A stretch of 61,807 nt of DNA, filler included, from Choristocarpus tenellus KU-1152 (Eukaryota > Protista > Phaeophyceae): the NCBI GenBank assembly GCA_964200185.2. It is 8 parts of 8 records of this genome, joined end to end, with 100 filler letters (N's around TTAATTAATTAA, not from the genome) between each part and the next. Parts side by side here need not be neighbours in the genome. Positions count along the whole stretch, not along the records: positions 39,144 to 58,818 come from CAXNAD020000455.1; positions 58,919 to 61,807 come from CAXNAD020023899.1; 6 more parts are not named here. The stretch is one strand, 5' to 3'. Both the position numbers and the translations under genes were made by a program. The first letter of the stretch is position 1. Each line of letters opens with the position of its first letter. Of this stretch, positions 53,101 to 61,807 are shown piece by piece. The notes beneath the pieces were generated by a model. That model worked only from the letters and a program-made list of their open reading frames with translations, had not been told where the DNA came from and did not search any database.

Positions 53101-56100
53101 AATATGATAGCCAAAATTACATCTAAATTGCAAAATTGGGTTTTGGCCCCCAAATGGACGCGGCAGGTTGGAGATTGCCAGGTGGCTCATCAAATATGTG
53201 TCAGGTAGATGCTTCCAATATTCACAGTAGGGTCACATCCATTAACCAATCCAATGCAGTGTCGAAGCAAGCAGGTTACAGGGGATGCCCAATGTCCATC
53301 TTTCATTCACTGTCAATAGTATTATTGATGATACAGTAATAATATTTATAGCAGATCTTTCGTAGGACTTGTGTCATTGCATGCTCCAGGTCCTTTGTGT
53401 ACATTTCGTGTCATATATGATGCAATTACATGGTGTAAAACATTACATTAAACAAACATAAAAGTACTTCATACACAAAAACTATAAAACAATACACAAC
53501 GTGGGGTGGCAGGCGTGCATGGCAGCAAAAGAGGTGGACTCCTCCTTGCCAGTGCTGAAGCCAGATGTGTGTGTTGTAAACCATTATAACAGTGCTTCCA
53601 AGCTTGGATGGCATCAAGGTATGAATGAACAGTAGTAAGTTGTGCATATTCTGTCTATTTGTTGTTCAGATGGTTCCAATATTTTTCTTTTTGCTCATTT
53701 GTGTTGAGGAACCAGGAGGAAGATGGAGTGGAGTTAATGGGACCCCAGTTTTTGCTAGGTAGTATGGGCTACAACAACAACAAAAGGTTGATTTTTCTCA
53801 GCAACTGATCGTTTTGGAAATACTCTGCAAAATAGTATGAACTACTGTTGCCATTTTATTTTTGTATCAGAAAAAATCTTGCCATCTTTTTTGGGACAGT
53901 ATGTGTGCTTTGCCAAGCCATGAAAAAGACTTTCGTTTTTTCCCACATGTTGAAACAATCCCTACCTAGGCTGCTGCTGGTGTTGTGAGGGGGGGGGGAT
54001 TATGCTGTCAGTAAGCAGCCTCTCGAATAAATAATTACTCAGAGCACTTCACTTTCTTGTCCCTTGATAGAAGAGGTTGTGACTGAATTTGTGTACGTTT
54101 GTTGGCCCTTTTCCTTCAGGTCTCATGTGATGACTCAATGCTTTGTAATTATATATATATCTGCAATGGCTTGAGGGTTTCTTGTTTTGTGTGCTTCCAA
54201 CATGAAGTAGAGCTCTAGCTTGTGATGCCAGGCCACCGATTTTAACAACGAATGAAACGTTGCAGTTAATGGAGTGTGAGGGGGTTGGTGTTTCAGTATG
54301 CTGGCATGATCTATGCCACTGACAGTATAAGCTGAACCTACCATTTGTCACCCGCAACCTACCATTTTCTATATATACTTTACCACCCGCAACCCCTGCC
54401 TCTCTGATTTATATCCTGGTGTAAGTATGTACGTTTTGAGTTGTGATGCATGATATCCACATAGGGCAAGGCTCAAGTTTGCAAGTACAAATCGTACAGA
54501 GATATGATTCTTTCTTCTTGTTAAAATGCAAGTGTTCTTTTTAAGTACTTCTCTACTTTCTTACTGTTGGTTCTTTTTATATAGATTTTGAGCTATCGTT
54601 TGATGGGAGTACAACCATAATTTCTGAATAGCGTTGTTTGATAGTTGTGTGAGGAAGAGAGTTAGAGGGTGGGCAAACCTTCTGTCAGATAAATGACATA
54701 ATGTTAACTATAGCTACTTTAGGGGGGGGGTTTCTAGTATTTGTTGCTGGCTAGTACCACAGTGTGCTATGACTCTCTCAACCTAAGAGGTGTTATTACC
54801 TATGCGCATATAATTGTACAGACCATTATTGGTGCAGGGCGTTGCTGGCTTTGTTCGTGAGTGTCCTGTGTAAAGGAGTGTAGAGCTCAAACCTGCTGGT
54901 TATTAAAAGTAGGTGCTCTTTTTTGTGACAAGTCCACTTTCCCAGTTTTCCAGAGTAGTACCCCAAAACAGAAATTTCATTTCTTTGAATATAGATGTAC
55001 CCTGCATTGGAACATATGATAGAGGAATTGTTGTACTACTACATTGTCTACTGCGAGAGCACTAATTCTGCTCTTTAGGATGCATTTCAGGTTGGAATCA
55101 ACAGTATTGTGCAATTAGCATTTGCACTAAACCAACAAGGAAACAAATGAAACATGATGGTACAAATAAGTGATGTTGTTTCTCCTCAAACGTTTCTATA
55201 AATCTTTACTTGCTTCACTTTATTCCAGGCTGCGGACTGTCCCAACCTGTGATCAGTGGCACTACACACTCACTACCTCTGATACACTATTGCAAACTGC
55301 TGCACTGAGGCAAGGTGTCCTTGAATGGGGTACACGTTTCAGCACATTTGATGGAAATACAACTATAATTTCTCAGTGGGCATTCTTCATCTTAACGCCA
55401 TTTGTACTTACTTTAATTATAGTAGTATCAAGCTCTTGTTCTACCAGTTTTGTTAGATCTTTTTCTTCAAGTAAACAACTCTTTTAACCCCATGCTTTCC
55501 ATCACCGACCCCCTCCCTTCTCCCTTCTTCCCTACCCATCATCCTACACTGCTTCCTATTCTTGAGTACTCTGTAAATTTTAATGCTCATTTGTTTCTGC
55601 AATTGAAAATGTGTCATTCTCTTCATTGCCACTGTTTATGCATCTTGCCCATGCCCTTTTTAATGCTCTGTGCATCGCAGACCTTACTAGCTCTCGAGAT
55701 CCTGGTTTGCCGGTGATTTCGTTCTCCTTGGTGAGTTCGTCATGTGATCCTGCCCTCGATGAGCAAAAAGATGCAGGGATATTTTTTGCTTTATAGGCGT
55801 TCCTATCATCGTTTTTGTTGAAACAGTAATAGGTACTCTGGAGTATTATGATGAACCTTTTTTGCCTATTGGCCGGCTACGACATATCCATCCGCATACA
55901 TCTCATCTGCTGATCATCTAACCTTTTATTTAGGTTGGGTATCCTTTCCAACTTTACAGAAATCCCTGTGTTGATGCTTCTCTCTGGTACACTGTTGCAA
56001 GGGTAGTGGTTGCTGGAATGCCTGGTTTTTTATGTTTAGGTGATGTGAATATTACCGATATAAATAACGTGAATGGGGGATTTTATGGAGCTTTAACACA

Positions 56101-58226
56101 ACACTACTGTTGGCTCGATGTTGAACAAAAAGCCATTTCATCCATTTTATTGCTCTGCGTTTTGCTCATTTCTCCTGCTTCTTGGATACTGCTATATGGG
56201 CACATAGTGGAGTATGTGTCTATGTGTATGTTCGTGTTTTATGTACATATATTGGGGAGTTACTACAGCGTCGAAGAGATTCCTTGACTGAAGCTGTAGT
56301 TTTTTTGCTGTCAGGACTTTGATAGTCATCGTACTATCGTGGGTGAATGAGCTTTTCTCAAATAGTTCAATCCTACAGGGCATGACTCTGTATCTACATA
56401 TTTCAGAGTACATACATATATGGGAATTGAAAAAGGCAGGTTGTGTATCTTAAGTGTGGGGGATGAGAAGACCCACTGAAGTGCAACCAGAAAATGCTGC
56501 AGACCAGCAACTGAAGGGCACTCTTTGCCGTACTGGGAAAAGTGGATGGAACCATATAATGAAACATTGAAAAAGGAGTGGAACGACTCTTGTATGACTA
56601 GGTGTGGAGGTGCCTGTAGGGTCCGTGACAATGAACCTCACGGACTTTTGCATGATGGAACAATGGCGTAGATGCACTGTGTTCCAATTGATGGAACAAC
56701 CAAGAAGAGTGGGTGGAAAGACCGATACAGAGATGCCAATCACATCATGCCGCATTTCTTTAGTTCAGTAGTTGCAGCGGTCTTGCAATCTTGCTTGTTA
56801 TTTTTTTTGTATCTGTAGCTATAGAGCAACACTGATGTAGTGTGCTCACAGCTTCAAGGGCCTCCAAATTTTGTGATAAAATGTGGTTGCTGAGCTGAGT
56901 AGCCTCGGAGGCAAAAAACAACCTGATGTACTTCTTGTATTCTGTCTTACATGTACACCTCTTCTGTGCTCATCAACACCAGCCACTTCACTCTTTGGGA
57001 CACCTCTGTTATTTTGACCAGTACAGTGAATCCGTACTGGCAACTCGTAAGATCTGAAACAGTTCCTATTGTTGCTAGAGTTGTGAATCAAAATGATTCA
57101 ACCTTGTCGATTTGTTTGATTGAAATTGCTGGATATTTGAGATCATATTTGAAGCCTTTCCATGACTTAATTTCTTGCATGTATGTGCACCCTGCGCGAT
57201 TTTTTTCCTGGGCACTTTGTGTACTATGCGCATGTTTGAGTTCAATCAAGTATTGTGCATCAAATCTTTTCAAGCTGATTATAGTATGGCTATAGACTCT
57301 TTCCATTCACAACACCAAATATTCTGCCCAAACCTTCCTTCCCTTTCAAGACTTGAACAATCTCCATTGAATCCCTTGCCTCCCACCCTGCCTATCCTTG
57401 CACCCATCCAACTTATTTCTTGTCTTACATTCTTGCTGCTTTCATGCTGGAATAATTGCAATCCTCTGCTTTGATGTGTTGGTGATCTTTTTCATCTTAC
57501 TAAATTTATACAATGATGCATTGAAGTGTAATCTTTTTTCATGCTCTAATTCTTGATACCTTTCCCCAATAATTTTCAATGACCTTACCCCATTCAAAGA
57601 TGCCACCTCCATCACACTCTGGCCAACACAAGTGTGCTCCGCTGTGTCCCTCTAGCTACGATCCATTGAGATACATGCCGTATTGTTGTGATCCCAAATA
57701 CTTGTGGTTCACCACTCCATGCATTGACTTGCAAACTGTTAGTACTACAATGTTCTGCCCTATTTAATCCTCATCATTTGCTACTTGGTTCCTCTCCCTG
57801 TCCATGCATATATAAATGTATGTATGATTTCCTCCCTCTAACAAGGGAAATACCGCTGTCTTCGAGTATCGAGTGTCATGGAGACAAGCTGCAGCTGTCA
57901 AGTCCCTTCATCTTGAGAGCGGAGATGCACTCGTTTTTGGTGGAAGGTCGAGGGGGATCATACATAGAGTCTCTCAAATTGAGAAGACGCCAACTCGGAC
58001 TCCAGCTCCACTCATTGTCTTGGGCAGTGATGCTACTGGATTAGATGTTGTACACGGAAATGGTGGGGTGAGAGTGGATAAGCATGGGTGCAGTGACATC
58101 ATCGGTGAAAGCAGTCAGCGAGGAGAAAGTGCCGTAGAAGAAGAAGCTGCGGGTCGTTATTGTGGAGGTGTATCGTTGCAGATGCCGGAGGGTGGGCGTT
58201 ACAACCTTAACTTGAGGGAGTTGTAA
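44122..58226 (+). CDS. AlkB-family 2OG-Fe(II) dioxygenase (AlkB/ALKBH1-like), complete, 310 aa
   Basis: Exons 44122-44358, 44673-44753, 45689-45766, 53513-53618, 55681-55730, 57846-58226 (933 nt): GVVILKGFLTTEEQ, GGFYP, RMMNLG, PDVCVVNHY...LGWHQD, PVISFSLG, LESGDALVFGGRSRGIIHRV, GRYNLNLR. Confidence 0.92.
47870..48232. repeat. Diverged inverted duplication centred near 48070
   Basis: 48105-48232 is the reverse complement of 47870-48035 with substitutions and an indel of about 40 bp. Confidence 0.75.
48690..49915 (+). mobile_element. Tc1/mariner element, 5'-truncated transposase pseudogene with right TIR
   Basis: WVHMDKKWFY, MFLAAVACPR...FNGKIGIW, QPVNSPDLNVDDLGLF. TIR TTATGTTACATTGAATTTGAATGGAGAAAG|TA. 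Several frameshifts. Confidence 0.92.
50075..51784 (+). mobile_element. Full-length (1710 bp) Tc1/mariner element of a second family, inactivated
   Basis: TA|CTCCCACTGTTCCATAAGATTGCGGGATTAT ... ATAATCCCGCAAACTTATGGAACAGAGGGAG|TA. Motifs IHVDETWLY, KVMFISTVSRP, QQNSATPH, QPVQSPHLNVNDMGFF. Confidence 0.93.
51981..52209. mobile_element. Stowaway-like MITE
   Basis: TA|CTCCCTCCTGGCCAAAATGTAGTTTAGATTTG ... CAAATCTGAAGTATATTTTTGTCCCGGAGGAAG|TG. Confidence 0.75.
52931..53165. mobile_element. GRG-family MITE, nearly full copy
   Basis: GAGTGAAAGTATCTTAGAGGGTACGAG..., colinear with 32888-33153. Confidence 0.78.
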
Positions 58227-58243
58227 GAAAAAGGCTTCACACA

Positions 58244-58818
58244 TGTCCTCCGTTGGGAATTAAATGTAACATAACTTACGTAGCCCCAATGAAGAAGCAA
58301 GAATTTTTGTCACATGTTCATATTTTATGGGTGTATTGTGCAGACACGAAAAGGCTGCCAAACAAAATCGCAAGCAAAATAGGGCTGCCTAACACCTTTC
58401 TATGATTCCACCGCTGAAGCCCTCCAAAACTCCATTCCAGCACAGTATTTCGCCGCATCCATTGGGGCATTTGGAGAGAGGTTGCCTGCCTTCTCAGTCT
58501 TTTCTTTGCTATGATGGGGAATTTTGAAGAAGTTCTCGCCATTGCACCCCAGCACTTCACTGTGGACTGTGGAGAGGATCTGCCAAATGCGCTCTAGTGT
58601 CTCCTAGGGGTACAGATTGAACGCCTCCATTGTGACCTCCATTAGCTCCGCTGTGTTGGTCACCCCCACGTCTTCCTTCAGTTGCTGGGTGGAATGAAAG
58701 AGTCCCAGGTTATTGACGTTGAGGTCAGGTGAGTTGGCTGGCTGGGTCTCTATGACAATGTCGACCCCCACCCCCTCCTCAATTGCCTCCATGATCCCCC
58801 CCTTGGTGTGTGGCTTTG
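58244..58818 (-). mobile_element. Tc1/mariner element 3' end (same family as 48690-49915)
   Basis: KPHTKGGIMEAIEE...QPANSPDLNVNNLGLF. TIR TCCTCCGTTGGGAATTAAATGTAACATAA. Cut by the contig end. Confidence 0.9.
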
Positions 58819-58918
58819 NNNNNNNNNNNNNNNNNNNNNNNNNNNNNNNNNNNNNNNNNNNNTTAATTAATTAANNNNNNNNNNNNNNNNNNNNNNNNNN
58901 NNNNNNNNNNNNNNNNNN
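58819..58918. other. Artificial contig spacer
   Basis: N44-TTAATTAATTAA-N44. Confidence 0.98.
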
Positions 58919-61736
58919 CAACAAGTTTCTCGCAAGTCGAAACAATACCCGCTACGGGTTCCCAGCTTATGTCTTTAACCCGCTTCTATTTCCCAGTTCG
59001 CCCGGATCTATCACCAGTGTGTGTGTAGCCTTCTACAAAACTACTTTTCCCATACTTGTCAAGGGTCATAAACGCGGCGTTGTCACGTGTGTAGTTACTG
59101 GTCGTCCGAAGCCAGTGAAGATCCATCCCGCGCTCCCCGTCTTCGCCGATGTGCTCCGCTAGGATCTTGCCGACCAAGAGCAGCGCCTCCGTTGCCACAA
59201 AAAAGGCAAACCTGCCTTCCTGCACGGAGACGAGGTTTCCATGGTTTGCCGATGTCAAGGTAGCACAAGGCCAACCCCGTCGACGGGAGTCAGCTTCTTC
59301 CTTGTCACTGTCCGATGAGGAAGAGTCTTTTTCCTCGAGCCCTCCGAGATCATTGTCATCGCTCTGACGAGATTATCTCCTCCACCCGAACGATCGCCCT
59401 GGTCAGTGTCTTCGATGTCGCTGGTACCAGTTCCAGCGCCATTGTCATGGGTGGGAAGCCAATGGACTGGGAGGTCGAACTCTCGTTCCCCTGTCTTTTT
59501 GAGAAGCCGCACAGACTCGCTTTGCTTGTGTTTCGCTCTCTGAACGGCTTCATCGTCTGTGAAGGTTAAATCCATGAGCACGAGAACATCGACGGTATGG
59601 AAGCATGAATGTTACTTTGTAACCAGGCGTGAGGTTTCACGAATGTGCTCGGGAAGCATGCAGTGAGAGGGAGGGTGCATATTTCGTCGAATTCGTGTCT
59701 GTTGAATACAAGACTGGTACCCTCAAAACATTTATCGGGGGTAATCTATGGTACTTTTTTATTGTAACATGCGACGATCACTACGCATGAGAATGGAATA
59801 TTTTTCAAGATTGTTTTTGTAAAGGCTGTAAAGGCTGCCTCGTACAGAAGTTGCACCCGATTGTTTTGGCTGCCACCGAATACCAGAATTAGCCATCAAC
59901 TCCCCTCACGAAAAAATCGACTTACCCAGTGGGTACGCAGCAGCGAGGCGCTCGTGTGACGCCTGGTACCGCTGCTCCACCTTCAGGATGACGTCTTCGG
60001 GAACACTCTTGAGCTGGTAGGGTGGTGCATCTTGGAGACGAGGCGGGCGGCCGATGAAGAGGTCGTGCAGAGGGGCGTTGGGGTCAATAGCAAGGTATCC
60101 GCCTATCCCACTCCATTCGGTGCTGTGCATGTATTGCTTTACACTAACCTTAACCCACCCATCACCGCCTTTTTCAACGCGAAAAGTCCTGTAGCTCGTG
60201 ATATTGGGGACACGGTTGATGCGACCGCGAAGGAGTCCCTTGAAGTTTCCCTCGTTCCGTAGGGTCTTGCAGTAGACTGGAACCTCCGTGTAAGATGCCT
60301 GCAGCTCTTCACCCAGCTGTGTTCTTGTGAATATGTTCTTCCCTTTTATACTATGTGAGAACCTGAAGGTGAAATGCAAGCAAGCTAATTTTGAGGTGGG
60401 GGCAAAAGAAATGAAGTGGAGAAGCAAGATATATATGCAGGCACATGCTCCGATGCCTGTATATGGAAGTATAAATATAAAAAGGGGTGATGTGTACATT
60501 TTTTTATTGTTTTATTTCGAGAGTAGGTTACGAAACAGTTTTGGCAGCTGCTCTTATCGTTCAATTTTGTTGTGGGAAAATCAAAAGCCAATCAATCAAT
60601 TACAAAGTATGACCATAAACCTTCCATGGATACAATAAGCGTGAACTGCAAGCCTCAAGGCAGTATCTGTCCGTATAAAAACACTATGTGGCTATTGCAC
60701 TTGTATATCTTGCCTAATTACCTGGAGAAGATCTGATCGATTTTGATGTGCGTGTGCCCCACCATCATAAAATGTATCTTGACCACACGAATAACACTAT
60801 GCGACCAACAGCCTCGCATAACCGAGAAAGAAATTGTTCTTGTTCTCTGAGACGCAGTTGTCGACCTGGCCAGTTTGGGGAGTTAGGAGCGTGGGAGGGA
60901 TAGGCGTGAGGCAGATATGTCAGCCTATTTCGCTGCGTTTCGTGGAGGAACAGGGCATGTTTCCAGTATTGCTAGAGCACAAGCTCTACATCACCGCCAT
61001 CATACATGTAGGTTGCAACACACAAACCAAAACTAAAGACCGTGCAGTTAGATTCTTGGTGACCGGTATTCAGCGAGTATGTGTTGAGTAGGGCGTGTCA
61101 AGATGAAACTTTCTTACCTGCCAATGCGCGTGCTGGATGATGCAACTCCCCGCGTGATCGAGGCTGTTGTGGTACTTGTCGATAAGCCTTTTGAGGGCAA
61201 GGTGGGTGGCTGTGCAGACAAGGTTACAACCTGCGCAAACAATGATGTCCGTCGTTAGTTGGCAAATAGTACTCTGCTTATTTACGCATTGTTTAATTGG
61301 AGCTAAAAAGAGGGGTAATGGAATTATTTGTTTTGCAATGTAGAGCACATACACCCGAATGGATGATATACATGTCTATGGGTTTTTCCTCCTCGTTGAT
61401 TAGCTCTTACGCTCCTCTCGCCCTTCCAAAGCTGAGGCGTAGGAGGGCAGGGGAGCACAGCGCACCATCAGTTAATCGACTGCTCACTAGGCCTGCGGTA
61501 TCTGTAGGCACATTGTGTAAGGATGTACTCGTCCTCGGGTATCAAACCTACGGCAGGTCCACTTGCCACGACGGTAAATCAAGTGGTGCGCGCGCAACCA
61601 GCATCTATTCAGTCATGTGATTGTTTTCCACAACCCACAATACGTACCTCCTCCAAGATTGATAGGAGTGAAGAACACCTCCGCGAACTGGCCTTCGACG
61701 TGTGCAGCCATGATCTTCTGGCGCTCGGAGTAGGCC
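58919..61736 (-). pseudogene. Intron-containing Sola-like DDD transposase pseudogene
   Basis: GT-AG exons 61648-61736, 61118-61230, 60722-60865, 59926-60362 and 59556 to contig end give ...GGGCNLVCTA...HWQVDNCVSENKNNFFLGY..(frameshift)..FMMVGHTHIKIDQIFSRFS... The DNC..NKN and GHT....D..F motifs are typical of Sola-type transposases. Confidence 0.75.
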
Positions 61737-61807
61737 CTGATAAGAAGAACATGAGCCAAAGAAATGTGTAAAGAAAGGTTCTACGGTGCGTCGTCATCAT
61801 GATGAAC

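Noticed and set aside
55780-57560. Possible decayed DNA-transposon coding sequence in the last AlkB intron
   Set aside because: Many stops and no identifiable motif.
3565-58918. Recurrent TTAATTAATTAA between N runs, and any gene linkage across them
   Set aside because: Identical 100-bp artificial concatenation spacers. Adjacent contigs are not biologically linked.

Overview
Eukaryotic, intron-rich DNA. Gene content and repeats suggest a stramenopile, probably a brown alga (inference). The window is not one locus: it is 8 unrelated contigs joined by artificial N44-TTAATTAATTAA-N44 spacers (contigs 1-3564, 3665-11559, 11660-16762, 16863-20333, 20434-33836, 33937-39043, 39144-58818, 58919-61807). 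Splicing by eye recovers five host genes: the 3' end of an SLC26/SulP transporter (STAS domain); a secreted EGF/Calx-beta/filamin/PA14 protein head-to-head with an EF-hand coiled-coil gene; and BRX1 head-to-head with a complete 6-exon AlkB-family dioxygenase. There is also one large low-complexity terminal exon. Most of the rest is transposon debris: Copia LTR/PBS/gag/RT-RNase H/integrase relics, a LINE RT relic, four plant-type mariner copies, Stowaway-like MITEs (one an 830-bp near-palindrome), a dispersed GRG-terminal MITE family with apparent 4-bp TSDs, and an intron-containing Sola-like transposase pseudogene that may have mobilised it. I found no CRISPR array, Fanzor/TnpB, rRNA or convincing tRNA, and I cannot demonstrate a new biological system. 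The best leads are the spliced Sola-like transposase plus MITEs, the intronic hairpin, the unusual secreted multidomain protein, the CpG-depletion pattern and frequent AAG splice acceptors.
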